Assembly: GCF_000009965.1 (NCBI RefSeq)
Contig: NC_006624.1
Span: 750,001 to 782,000 of the forward strand
Reading direction: 5' to 3'
DNA length: 32,000 bases
DNA from: Thermococcus kodakarensis KOD1
Lineage (GTDB): Archaea > Methanobacteriota_B > Thermococci > Thermococcales > Thermococcaceae
A model generated the notes under the pieces. That model saw only the letters and a program-made list of their open reading frames with translations, was not told where the DNA came from and ran no database searches. The translations under genes and the position numbers were made by a program. Shown in pieces: positions 1 through 8,704 of this stretch (the first letter of the stretch is position 1; each line of letters opens with the position of its first letter).

Positions 1-118
1 CAATCCTCCGCTGTATCTCCTGGGAGACCTCAAGGATCACCTTTTCCCTAATGGCCTCGGACATCCCCTCCCACTCGGGAGGTACCTTGATCCGTATGAC
101 GATCTCGGACGCCCCCAT
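1..118 (-). CDS. hypothetical small protein, N-terminal part only (gene runs off the left edge)
   Basis: Reverse-strand ATG at 118-116 with GAGGTGAGG (rc of 121-129) a few nt upstream. Reads MGASEIVIRIKVPPEWEGMSEAIREKVILEVSQEIQRRI and stays open to position 1. Absent from the ORF track because it has no stop in the window. No family recognised. Confidence 0.4.
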   Translation of the reverse strand, partial: MGASEIVIRIKVPPEWEGMSEAIREKVILEVSQEIQRRI

Positions 119-155
119 AATCCTCACCTCAATACGCCTAACACCTATAACGTTA

Positions 156-796
156 TTATGTCTTTCTCAACCCAAACCTCGCCCACAGGTACCGCTCGCT
201 CTCTTCAACGAACTTCACTTCGATGCCGAACCTTTCTTCAAAGAGGGGAGCTTCCAAAACGACCGTGTGAAACTCCCCTGCTTCCCCGACGGGGTCACAC
301 TGGGGTTCGCTTCCAGGAACTTCTCCAAATCCTCAACCGAGCGGAAGATGTAGCCTAACCACTCCCTCCCGAGCTTTTCTTTGTTCACGGCTATTATAGC
401 CCACTTAAAGCCCGCTTCCAGCATCTCCTCAGCGAGTTCTCTAGTGTTCCTCCCCCAGAGGGGTTCGAGCGGTTTTATGCCCGCTTTCTCGGCAAGAAGC
501 TTTACCCACCTCAGGTGGTCTTCGAGGTAAACGTCTCCAGCTATGAGGTAGTCAACTCCAATGGAGCCTATGAACTCTGCCAGGGCATCGCTCCCCTCTT
601 TCATGTCAAAAGTGAGCATCTCCTTTCCCATGGCAGTTGCCAGCGTCTTTAGCGCCTCTAGATTTTCCCAGTGAGGGGAGAGGCCTATCGTGGTTTTGAG
701 CGTGAGGAGGTAGGGCACCACTATTCCTTTTTTCTCAGCTAAGTGGAGGGCATAAAGCCCGTCCTTGCCACCCGAGAAGAACGCGACTCCCCTCAA
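156..796 (-). pseudogene. Dph6-like / MJ0570-family PP-loop ATP pyrophosphatase (candidate diphthine-ammonia ligase); frame broken by an apparent 1-nt deletion near 294-305
   Basis: ORF 215..796 (TTG start, GGAGGGGAGG upstream) begins MRGVAFFSGGKDGLYAL (SGGKD PP-loop) and looks family-like up to LEKFLEANPS. The family C-terminal motif (GEAGEFHTVVLEAPLF) is encoded in the neighbouring frame, which stops at 158-156. 796..156 is 641 nt, not a multiple of 3. Confidence 0.7.
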
Positions 797-1041
797 AGCC
801 TCCCCTCCAGTTTAACCCTCTCATATTCCTCTCGTATTTTCTGGAGCTCCTTTTCATCTACGTAGGGAATCACGGCCCCACAATCAAGGCAGAGCCAAGG
901 ATATGCGTGAGTAGGGCCTTTTATGGCATCTCTAAGGCCGTGCTTCCAGGGCGCCTCCCAGAAGTATCGAGCGTATCCGGCTTGGTAGTTTTTGCCCTTT
1001 ACCATCGTTCCACCGCACATGGGACACCTTTTGGTTTCCAT
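793..1041 (-). CDS. small four-cysteine zinc-ribbon protein (82 aa)
   Basis: METKRCPMCGG...WLCLDCG gives a CxxC...CxxC pattern. Start placed at ATG 1041 rather than the ORF-track 1119 because GGTGGTGA lies 2 nt upstream of it. Its TGA stop (795-793) overlaps the TTG start of the downstream gene by a TTGA overlap. Confidence 0.6.
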   Translation of the reverse strand: METKRCPMCGGTMVKGKNYQAGYARYFWEAPWKHGLRDAIKGPTHAYPWLCLDCGAVIPYVDEKELQKIREEYERVKLEGRL

Positions 1042-1136
1042 GGTCACCACCAAAGCTATAAACCCCATGGAGTTTTTATCCATTGCGCCCATGAGCAAAA
1101 ACTGTGTAGCAGTAACCAACGGGAGGAGTCCTCAGG

Positions 1137-2021
1137 ATGCACGCTTTAGTTCCCTTTCTCCTGGCACTCGCGTGGGACTTAACCCTTGGTGAACCTCCTG
1201 CAAAGCTCCATCCCGTAGTCTGGTTCGGGAGGATAGCTGGCTTTATCGACTCCCGCTACAAAAGGCGCTCTCCAGTCCTTGATTTCACTGCCGGCCTTCT
1301 CACTGCACTGGTTGTAATCACCTTCGCGTTTCTGCTCTCGATCGTGCCGTTTTACGCGCCCTTTCCCTTAAACTATTTCCTAGCGGCGTATCTCCTCAAG
1401 AGTTCCTTTGCCATAAAAAGCCTCCACGAGCACGTTTCGAGGACGATAACGGATGATATCGAGGAAAAGAGAAGGGCAGTCTCAATGATAGTGAGCAGGA
1501 ACACAAAAGTCCTCGACGAGGCCCATCTAAACTCCGCCGCCATAGAGAGCCTCGCGGAGAATCTGAACGACTCCGTTGTGGCTCCTCTCTTCTACTTCCT
1601 CCTTTTTGGACTTCAGGGAGCGGTGATTTACCGAGCCGTAAACACTCTCGACGCTATGCTCGGCTACCGGAACGAGCGCTACGAGTTTTTCGGCAAGTTC
1701 TCAGCGAGGCTCGACGATGCTTTGAACTTCATTCCTGCCCGGCTGACCGTTCTTCTCTACCTTCCCCTCGGCGGGAGGAAAGTTCCTGAGTACTACAGGC
1801 TGGCAAGGTTCAAGATAAACTCCGACAAGCCAATGGCGGCGATGAGCGCGGTCCTTGGCGTTTGGCTCGAAAAGCCCGGAGTTTACCGCTTTCCAGGGAA
1901 AGAGCCGAAAAACGAGGACATAAAACGAGCTTTGAGAATTTACTGGCTGGTTGTAACTGGGTGGGTTATAGTTGTGGTATTACTGCTCGCAACGGGGGTA
2001 TGTCCATGCTTAAGCCTGTAG
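1137..2021 (+). CDS. cbiB: adenosylcobinamide-phosphate synthase CbiB (CobD family membrane protein)
   Basis: N-terminus [25 protein letters not shown] is the CbiB hallmark. Multi-pass membrane protein of 294 aa. GGGAGGAG lies 9 nt before the ATG. Adjacent to the threonine-phosphate decarboxylase gene. Confidence 0.88.
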   Translation: MHALVPFLLALAWDLTLGEPPAKLHPVVWFGRIAGFIDSRYKRRSPVLDFTAGLLTALVVITFAFLLSIVPFYAPFPLNYFLAAYLLKSSFAIKSLHEHVSRTITDDIEEKRRAVSMIVSRNTKVLDEAHLNSAAIESLAENLNDSVVAPLFYFLLFGLQGAVIYRAVNTLDAMLGYRNERYEFFGKFSARLDDALNFIPARLTVLLYLPLGGRKVPEYYRLARFKINSDKPMAAMSAVLGVWLEKPGVYRFPGKEPKNEDIKRALRIYWLVVTGWVIVVVLLLATGVCPCLSL

Positions 2022-2974
2022 AGTTCTCCGCATACCATGGCGGGGCAAGGAGAAAAGAGGAAGGTTTGATAGACTTCTCGGCTTCCCTGAATCCCTATCC
2101 GCCCGAGTGGCTGGATGAGATGTTCGAAAGGGCCAGAGAGATAAGCGGCCACTATCCCTACTATGAAGAGCTTGAGGAGGGTCTCGCTGAGCTTGTGGGC
2201 GAACCGATCACCGTAACTGCAGGAATAACCGAGGCCCTCTACCTCCTTGGAATCCTCGCGCTGAGGGGCAGGAGGGTGATAGTGCCAGCCCACACCTACG
2301 GCGAGTACGAGAGAGTTGCGAGAATTTTTGGAGCGAGGGTCGTCAAAGGTCCGAACGACCCCGAAGAGCTTTCCCAGCTTGTTGAGAGAGATTCAGTTGT
2401 CTTCTTCTGTAATCCAAACAACCCGGACGGGAGGTTCTACGGGAAAAAGGAGTTGGGACCCCTCTTGGATGCCGTTGAGGACAGAAACGCTTTACTCGTC
2501 CTCGACGAGGCCTTCATCGACTTCGTTGAAAGTCCCGAAAGCCCCAGTGGGGAGAACATCGTAAAGCTGAGGACGTTCACGAAGAGCTACGGCCTGCCGG
2601 GGATAAGGGTCGGCTACGTGGCGGGTTTTCCAGAAGCTTTCAGGAGCGTCAGAATGCCGTGGGCGATAGGATCGGTTGGTGTTGCCTTCCTTGAGTTCCT
2701 GCTGGAGGACAGGTTCCAGCACTTAAAGGGGACGATGCCCTTAATCTGGCGGGAGAAGAGGCGGATTGAGAAAGCCCTTGGAGTCAAGAGCGATGCGAAC
2801 TTCTTCATAAAGTACGTTAGAGATGCCAAAAAGACAGTTGAGGAGCTGAAGAGAAAGGGGATGCTCGTGAGAGACTGCACGAGCTTTGGCCTTCCGCAAT
2901 ATGTCCGATTTTCGGTCAGGAAGCCTGAGGAAAACGATGCCTTAGTTCGGGCGTTGTTGGAAATTTCCCCCTAG
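2000..2974 (+). CDS. cobD: L-threonine-O-3-phosphate decarboxylase-type PLP enzyme (class I/II aminotransferase fold)
   Basis: Motifs [22 protein letters not shown] and [15 protein letters not shown] (PLP lysine). Start moved from 1862 to ATG 2000 (or 2006, MSMLKPVEF) because the 1862-1999 extension lies inside cbiB. The gene overlaps the cbiB end by 22 nt. Confidence 0.8.
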   Translation: MSMLKPVEFSAYHGGARRKEEGLIDFSASLNPYPPEWLDEMFERAREISGHYPYYEELEEGLAELVGEPITVTAGITEALYLLGILALRGRRVIVPAHTYGEYERVARIFGARVVKGPNDPEELSQLVERDSVVFFCNPNNPDGRFYGKKELGPLLDAVEDRNALLVLDEAFIDFVESPESPSGENIVKLRTFTKSYGLPGIRVGYVAGFPEAFRSVRMPWAIGSVGVAFLEFLLEDRFQHLKGTMPLIWREKRRIEKALGVKSDANFFIKYVRDAKKTVEELKRKGMLVRDCTSFGLPQYVRFSVRKPEENDALVRALLEISP

Positions 2975-3061
2975 AGCCATCCCAATCTTTGGCCGTTTTA
3001 TCCAATAACTTTTTAAGCCTCAAGTCTACCCACAGCCGGACAAATAATCCAGGTGATAAAA

Positions 3062-4117
3062 ATGAAGAAGACCAAGCTCTTTGGAGCGCTTCTTTTAGTG
3101 GCCATCGTCTTCGTGAGCGGGTGCATAGGAGGCTCGGGAAGCTCAACGACCCCGAGCCAGACCCAGAGCACTTCCACACCGAGTGCGACCCTTAGCACCA
3201 CCCCCAGTTCGACCCAGACGCCGACTGAAACTGCCACAAAATCCTGCGAGTGCCCGAAGGCCAAGCCCTACTATCCTCTAACCATCACTGACTTCGCGGG
3301 CAGAAACGTAACCATCGAGAAGGAGCCGAAGAGGATAGTTTCACTCGCCCCGAGCATCACCGAGACCCTCTACTTCCTCGGAGCCCTCGACAGGGTCATA
3401 GGAGTTACCAAGTTTGACGACTATCCCCCTGGAGTTCAGGAGGGCAGGAAAATAATAGGGGGCTTCAGCGACCCGAACATCGAGGTGATAGCTTCTCTCG
3501 AACCTGACTTGATAATAGGCACTTCGATGCACCTACAGTACCTCGACCAGCTTGAGAAGATAGCGCCGGTCATAATACTCGACCCTAAGAACATGGATGA
3601 AGTTTACGAAGCCGTTGAACTCCTTGGGAAGGTTCTTAACCAGAGCGAAAGGGCCGAAGGAGTGGTCGAGTTCATGAAGGCCGAGGTTGCCGACGTTCAG
3701 TTCCGCGTTTCAAATAAGACGAGGCCGAAGGTTCTCTTCATAAGCTGGTGGAATCCGCTTTACGTCCCGGGCAACGGCACCTTCCAGGACTCACTCATCG
3801 AACTCGCCGGCGGTGAGAACGTCTTCCACGACGCTACTAGCTGGGCCCAGGTCAGCCTTGAAGAGGCCGTCGCCAGAAACCCGGAGATAATAATCCTATC
3901 GGCCCACGCGGGAGCCACCATTGACGACATCTGCAACAGCCCGCTCGCGGACACAGATGCCGTAAAGAACGGCAGGATATACTTTGTCAGCGACGACAAC
4001 GCCATATCAAGGCCGGGGCCGAGGCTCGTCGAGGCCCTTGAGGAGCTCTCCTACTTCATCCATCCAGAGGCCTACGGCTACAACTTCCAGCCCGTCACCT
4101 GCCCCGTTGAGGGCTGA
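3062..4117 (+). CDS. ABC-transporter periplasmic binding lipoprotein, Fe3+-siderophore/cobalamin (BtuF/FhuD-like) class
   Basis: AGGTGAT lies 4 nt before ATG 3062. Signal peptide plus lipobox-like VSGC (Cys21 at 3122-3124), then an S/T/P/Q-rich linker. The body (RIVSLAPSITETLYFLGALDRVIGVT...DLIIG) resembles Peripla_BP_2 proteins. Confidence 0.8.
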   Translation: MKKTKLFGALLLVAIVFVSGCIGGSGSSTTPSQTQSTSTPSATLSTTPSSTQTPTETATKSCECPKAKPYYPLTITDFAGRNVTIEKEPKRIVSLAPSITETLYFLGALDRVIGVTKFDDYPPGVQEGRKIIGGFSDPNIEVIASLEPDLIIGTSMHLQYLDQLEKIAPVIILDPKNMDEVYEAVELLGKVLNQSERAEGVVEFMKAEVADVQFRVSNKTRPKVLFISWWNPLYVPGNGTFQDSLIELAGGENVFHDATSWAQVSLEEAVARNPEIIILSAHAGATIDDICNSPLADTDAVKNGRIYFVSDDNAISRPGPRLVEALEELSYFIHPEAYGYNFQPVTCPVEG

Positions 4118-4124
4118 ATTCTTT

Positions 4125-4153
4125 CTTCTTTTTATTCCGGCAAAAGAAGTTTT
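4125..4153. terminator. hairpin plus T-tracts between convergent genes (binding protein / apgM)
   Basis: CTTCTTTT (4125-4132), a 9-nt loop, then AAAAGAAG (4142-4149) followed by TTTT. On the other strand a T6 run (rc of 4162-4167) follows the apgM stop. Confidence 0.45.
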
Positions 4154-4172
4154 AAGAACAGAAAAAAGGAAA

Positions 4173-5408
4173 TCACGCACCGAACTTCTCGCTTCTGTTC
4201 ATAAGATCCATCATTATGGGCACTATGTCGTGGCCCTTTATCCTGCCGATTCCGCCGCGCATGCACTCCCTCTCGCCGAAGCTCTCGGTGTGGTCTGGTC
4301 TGACTCCGCCGCCAGCGATGAGGAGCGGAACCGGGTCGCCGCTGTGGTTCATAACCTCGCACGGTGTCGAGTGGTCGCCGGTTATCGCTATGACCACATC
4401 CTCAAGGTCGATGTGCTCAAGGATGTAGCCTATCATTCTGTCGGCCTTCTCTATCATCTCGGCCTTGAGCTTCGGGTTGTTGTCGTGGCCAGCAGCGTCG
4501 GTCGGCTTGAAGTGGAGGAACACGAAGTCGTAGTCCTTGAGCAGCTCAACGGTCTTCTTGGCTTTGGCCATCACATCGGTGTTGTACTCGCCAGTTGCTC
4601 CCTCCGGAGTGTAGACGTCGAAGCCTATCGCCCTGGCAACGCCCTTGACGAGCGAGACGGCTATAACGGCCCCGGCCTTGACCTTCCACTGCTCGGTGAA
4701 CTTCATCGGTATGTCCGGGTAAGTTCCAGCACCGCGGATGAGGAGGTAGTTTGCTGGCGGCTTGCCCTCCTTCCTGCGCTTCTCGTTGATCGGATGCTTG
4801 TCGAGAACCTCGTGGGCCTTCTGGACAAACTCCTCGAGGATTTCGGCGACCTTCTTGCTCTCCTCGTCCTCCCAGGTGAACTCCTGCGGCGGCTTTCCGG
4901 CCTCGTGCGGGTCGTTTTCCCCTACGCGGTAGCCCTTCGCCATGCCCCTGAGGACGAGGACGGCCCTGTGGCCGGTCGCGCCGACGAATATGAAGTCAAC
5001 CGGGAGCTTGACGTTCTCCTGAACGGCCTTAGCAAGCTCGTGGGCCTCCTCAGTGCTTATCCTTCCAGCGCGCCTGTCGGTTATGATTCCGTTCTCGATG
5101 GTGGCGAAGTTAACGCGGAAGGCCAGATCGTCCTCGTTGAGGTCGAGTCCAACGCCAAGGGCCTCGAGGAATCCCCTTCCGCGGTAGACCTTGTAGGGGT
5201 CGTAGCCGAATATTGAGAGGTGAGCGGTATCGCTTCCGGCCGGCTGGCCGGGTTTTATCGGATCCTGCTGACCGAGTATTCCCATCTTGGCGAGTCTGTC
5301 CATGTTGGGGGTGTTAGCGTACTCAAGCGGCGTTTTTCCGCCGAACTCTTTTATCGGCCTGTCCCCTAGACCGTCCAGGATTATGAGAAGTCCCTTTCTC
5401 TTCTTCAT
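4173..5408 (-). CDS. apgM: archaeal-type 2,3-bisphosphoglycerate-independent phosphoglycerate mutase
   Basis: MKKRKGLLIILDGLGDRP..., FLHFKPTDAAGHDNNP, ITGDHSTPC. Start at ATG 5408 with AGGTGAT (rc of 5413-5419) 4 nt upstream. The ORF-track GTG at 5417 lies inside that SD. Confidence 0.9.
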   Translation of the reverse strand: MKKRKGLLIILDGLGDRPIKEFGGKTPLEYANTPNMDRLAKMGILGQQDPIKPGQPAGSDTAHLSIFGYDPYKVYRGRGFLEALGVGLDLNEDDLAFRVNFATIENGIITDRRAGRISTEEAHELAKAVQENVKLPVDFIFVGATGHRAVLVLRGMAKGYRVGENDPHEAGKPPQEFTWEDEESKKVAEILEEFVQKAHEVLDKHPINEKRRKEGKPPANYLLIRGAGTYPDIPMKFTEQWKVKAGAVIAVSLVKGVARAIGFDVYTPEGATGEYNTDVMAKAKKTVELLKDYDFVFLHFKPTDAAGHDNNPKLKAEMIEKADRMIGYILEHIDLEDVVIAITGDHSTPCEVMNHSGDPVPLLIAGGGVRPDHTESFGERECMRGGIGRIKGHDIVPIMMDLMNRSEKFGA

Positions 5409-5508
5409 ATCTATCACCTTTGGTGATTAAGGCATGGGGTTTAAAGGTTTGTTGGATAAAACTTTATGAACACCCTTTCAAATCTCCCGCCGGTGAGAGA
5501 AAGTGGAA

Positions 5509-6438
5509 ATGCTGGTGTGGGCAGGTTCAATAGTTATCGGAATAATACTCCTCGTTGTCTTTGGAGACAGGCTCTCGGATAAAATCGTAGAGGTCGCCGA
5601 AAAGGCGGGGGTTTCCCCCCTAATTATAAGCCTTGTAGTCATAAGCCTCGCAACGACGCTGCCGGAGATAACAACCAGTGCGATGGCAAGCATCACTAAG
5701 GCCGAGGGTATAGCCCTCGGCAACGCCCTCGGAAGCATCTTCGCCAACATAGCACTCATTCTCGGCCTTGCGTCAGTGATAAGACCTCTAAAAGCTGGTA
5801 GCGGAGCTTATGAGAATTCCCTCGTCATGCTTGCTTCTCTCGGGTTCCTCATGTTGCTCTCCGTTGATGGCACCCTTTCAAGGCTTGACGGTGCCCTCCT
5901 TCTCGTAGCTTACGCCCTGTACCTGCGGTGGCTCTACAAGAAGCACTTCAGAAAGGGACGCGAAAGTGGAGCTGAACGTCACACAAAGGCAACGGCCCTC
6001 GACTACGTCTTACTCCTCATATATGGTGGCTTAATGGTTATTGGGGCGAGGCTCGTCGTTTACGGCGGCAGAAACATCGCCGAGGCCCTTGGGGTGGCGG
6101 AGTACGTCATAGGTGCCACCATTGTTGCCATCGGCACCTCCCTGCCCGAGATGACGAACGCCCTTTACGGGGCAATAAGGGAGCGCGGAAGCATAAGCGT
6201 CGGCAACATAATTGGGGCGAACATAATGAACGCCCTCGTAGTTCTTGGGCTGGCCTCACTGATAAGGCCAATCCCGACCGGTGCATCGACCCTAACCATC
6301 GTGCTCGTCCTCATGGCCATGCTCCCAATGATAGCTGAACTGAAGCGCTCTGGCGGCCTCGACAGAAGGATAGGGTTTTACTTCCTGATCCTCTATGCGG
6401 CCTATCTCGTTCTGCTGTTTTCGGGGGCGAAGCTCTAG
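5509..6438 (+). CDS. Ca2+/Na+ antiporter (CaCA family, YrbG-like)
   Basis: About 10 TM segments with two alpha-repeat signatures (GNALGSIFANI and GNIIGANIMNA) and a charged central loop. ATG 5509 (GGTGAG at 5492-5497); GTG 5503 is an alternative start. Confidence 0.8.
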   Translation: MLVWAGSIVIGIILLVVFGDRLSDKIVEVAEKAGVSPLIISLVVISLATTLPEITTSAMASITKAEGIALGNALGSIFANIALILGLASVIRPLKAGSGAYENSLVMLASLGFLMLLSVDGTLSRLDGALLLVAYALYLRWLYKKHFRKGRESGAERHTKATALDYVLLLIYGGLMVIGARLVVYGGRNIAEALGVAEYVIGATIVAIGTSLPEMTNALYGAIRERGSISVGNIIGANIMNALVVLGLASLIRPIPTGASTLTIVLVLMAMLPMIAELKRSGGLDRRIGFYFLILYAAYLVLLFSGAKL

Positions 6439-6483
6439 TTAAGCTTTTAAGTTCCCCCTCTTTCTCCCGCTGGAGGTGAGAAA

Positions 6484-6975
6484 ATGAAAGTCCTGTGGGC
6501 ACCTTGGAGAATCGAGTACATACGCTCACCCAAGCATGAGGGCTGTATATTCTGCGACTTCCCGAAGGAGAACCGGGATAAAGAAAGGCTCATCCTCTAC
6601 CGCGGGAAGCATGCTTTCGTGATAATGAACAACTATCCCTACAACCCCGGCCACGTCATGGTGGCTCCATACAGGCACGTCGGGAGATGGGAAGACCTGA
6701 CAGATGAAGAGCTTTTGGAAATAATGAAGCTCTCCCAGCTCATGATAAAGGCAATAAAGAAGGCCATGAACCCTGATGGCTTCAACCTCGGCGTGAACCT
6801 TGGAAGAGTGGCCGGAGCGGGGATAGACGACCACGTCCACCTTCACATCGTCCCGCGCTGGAACGGGGACACCAACTTCATGCCGGTCATAGCGGACACG
6901 AAGGTCATCCCAGAGTCCCTGCAGGAAGCCTACGAGGAGCTGAAAAAGGCGATAGACGAAGTTCTCAAGGAGTGA
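6484..6975 (+). CDS. HIT-family nucleotide hydrolase/transferase
   Basis: Histidine triad [12 protein letters not shown] and N-terminal CIFCDF. GGAGGTGAG lies 3-4 nt before the ATG. Confidence 0.85.
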   Translation: MKVLWAPWRIEYIRSPKHEGCIFCDFPKENRDKERLILYRGKHAFVIMNNYPYNPGHVMVAPYRHVGRWEDLTDEELLEIMKLSQLMIKAIKKAMNPDGFNLGVNLGRVAGAGIDDHVHLHIVPRWNGDTNFMPVIADTKVIPESLQEAYEELKKAIDEVLKE

Positions 6976-7657
6976 GCTCTCTCACTTTTATTTTGAAGCT
7001 TCTGTCCAAGGGTAAGTCTTCAAACAGACCCTCATCCAGTTCAACCACGCTGACATCGGTGCTTATCACGGATTCCCTTGTTCCCTGTTTTAGACGAAGT
7101 TCAACCAGCTTTCCGTTAACTACCTTTGCTGCCAGGTAAGTCCCGTCATCCGCGGTTCCTTCTACCATGAAGCTGGTACCGAACTCAAGCGCAAGTCTCT
7201 TTAAGAGAGCAGGTGCACTATCAGGGGTTATCCTGGTAACTTCTCCCCCTTCCTCGGACACCTTAACCACGGGACATTTAAGGGAGGTGCAGAACTCTTG
7301 AACTGCCTCCGCTATCCCGCTGGCAAAAATCTCCAAGGGCTTGCCCATCAGGGCCTCTCCAAAACCCGCCCAATCTGCGGTTACCTTGAGACGGCCGTTC
7401 TGGACTTTAAAGGTCACTGTGAGTATTCCCCGCTCCCCTCTGAAGGTATATATCGCCTCGCTGTTCCCAAACCCAACGTCTAACTCAAACTCATAGCCAA
7501 AATTGAATATGAACCTAGGCACTTCAAATCTGACTTTTTGTCCGTCGAATTCCTTAAAGTACGGGAAGAACAGCAGTGTCTTTTTCGGCTCGCTCAGGAT
7601 AGTTTTAAGGACGTCCCAATCGACGTTAACTTCCACTTCCCATCTCCGTGATTTCAA
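6965..7657 (-). CDS. uncharacterised protein (230 aa)
   Basis: Only a TTG (7657) is available as the first in-frame start after an upstream TGA. GGTGAT (rc of 7663-7668) lies 5 nt upstream. Codon usage looks coding-like. No family recognised. Confidence 0.6.
   Translation of the reverse strand: MKSRRWEVEVNVDWDVLKTILSEPKKTLLFFPYFKEFDGQKVRFEVPRFIFNFGYEFELDVGFGNSEAIYTFRGERGILTVTFKVQNGRLKVTADWAGFGEALMGKPLEIFASGIAEAVQEFCTSLKCPVVKVSEEGGEVTRITPDSAPALLKRLALEFGTSFMVEGTADDGTYLAAKVVNGKLVELRLKQGTRESVISTDVSVVELDEGLFEDLPLDRSFKIKVRELTP
6972..6994 (+). terminator. hairpin + oligo-T after the HIT gene, embedded in the 3-prime end of the convergent gene
   Basis: GTGAG-CTCT-CTCAC (6972-6985) followed by TTTTATTTT (6986-6994). 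The HIT stop is at 6973-6975. Confidence 0.45.
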
Positions 7658-7718
7658 CGGCCATCACCGGAGGGGCATTAGAGAAGAGAAATAAAACCGT
7701 TTCTAAAACCAAAGGTTT

Positions 7719-8456
7719 CTAACCCTCAAAAAGCGTTTTCCACTTTTCCCCTGTCCTCTTCCAGCATCCCGGGGGCATCAGTTCTCCCTCAGGGCAGTAG
7801 CCGAGCTGGACACACCTTGGCCCGAGCTTCGCCCACTTTATTATCGGTCTGAGCTCGTCGTTCTTTGCAATCTCCTCGAGCATTTTCCAGGCCACTTCCC
7901 TTATCTCCCACTGCGCCCTCTCGCAGGCCCTGAGTCCCAGAAAGTGCTTCAGCTCCCGGAGGTTCATCGTGACGACTATCTTCGTCCTGACAGCTTGGGG
8001 AAGGATAAAACGCGCGTCTTCCTGATGCTGACCGCGCTCAACACTCTTTTTATAGAGCTCGATGGATTTTTTCATGAGTTCCTTCCACTCAGCAAGAAGC
8101 TCCGGGTCTTCTTTTATCCCACTTGGAATGACAAAGGTCTCCTCAACGTCTTCAGGGTTCAACACGATATAACGCTGTGACTGCTGGGTATAAGAAGCAA
8201 GCCTATGACGAACAAGTTGGTGCGAACAAACACGGGAACATCCCTCTATGGCGAAGGTCAGCGTCGCGTGCTCGAGGATACTCTCGTGCCCATAACCTAG
8301 AACCCTCGGAAGGTGCATCTCAACGTCCTTGTCGCTCATTCTCCCGAAGGTCTCAGTTTCCCATTCATCCCAGTAGCTTATGAGAGCCGCCCATGTGACA
8401 GTTTCAAGAGGTTTTTTTGTATAATTGACAAGCTTTACCCTTATTCCATTGTCCAT
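7719..8456 (-). CDS. thyX: FAD-dependent thymidylate synthase ThyX
   Basis: ThyX signature RHRLASYTQQSQRY plus ESILEHA and AQWEIR. ATG 8456 is preceded by AGGTGG (rc of 8462-8467). GTG 8465 is an alternative if the transcript is leaderless. Confidence 0.9.
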   Translation of the reverse strand: MDNGIRVKLVNYTKKPLETVTWAALISYWDEWETETFGRMSDKDVEMHLPRVLGYGHESILEHATLTFAIEGCSRVCSHQLVRHRLASYTQQSQRYIVLNPEDVEETFVIPSGIKEDPELLAEWKELMKKSIELYKKSVERGQHQEDARFILPQAVRTKIVVTMNLRELKHFLGLRACERAQWEIREVAWKMLEEIAKNDELRPIIKWAKLGPRCVQLGYCPEGELMPPGCWKRTGEKWKTLFEG

Positions 8457-8658
8457 CCTGCCCACCTGCAGTGAGATGTAGTACTTCTTTATATCTTCTA
8501 CCCCGTTCTAGTTGGGACAATCTCCGAGGAGAGTGTAGTTCAGTGAGCATAAGCCCCAAGATTGAGCCAGCATTCTGCCATACTGATAAAACTTTGCGTT
8601 TGTAAAGTTGTCTTTCTTCTCCCCCAACTCCCTTTCGCTCCCCGAGCCCCTTTTCCGA

Positions 8659-8674
8659 CGAAAGGGTTATTAAA
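8659..8674 (+). promoter_or_regulatory. BRE/TATA promoter of argF
   Basis: CGAAAGG followed by TTATTAAA (8667-8674). The predicted TSS near 8697 implies a very short leader or none. Confidence 0.5.
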
Positions 8675-8704
8675 CTCGCTCCACAGTTCTATACGGTGAT
8701 GCAC

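Noticed and set aside
51-353. 100-aa and 66-aa + strand ORFs at the left edge
   Set aside because: They are antisense to the partial small gene (1..118) and to the Dph6-like C-terminal region. No SD is present, and the reverse-strand readings carry the conserved motifs.
1862-1999. N-terminal extension of the cobD ORF ([20 protein letters not shown]...)
   Set aside because: It lies inside cbiB in another frame. The family-like sequence starts only at MSMLKPVEF (ATG 2000 or 2006).
3984-5216. 410-aa ORF on the + strand
   Set aside because: It lies entirely antisense to apgM, which has unmistakable family motifs. Its product is R/L/V/A/G-rich and low-complexity, and there is no SD. This is a typical shadow ORF of a GC-rich, codon-biased gene.
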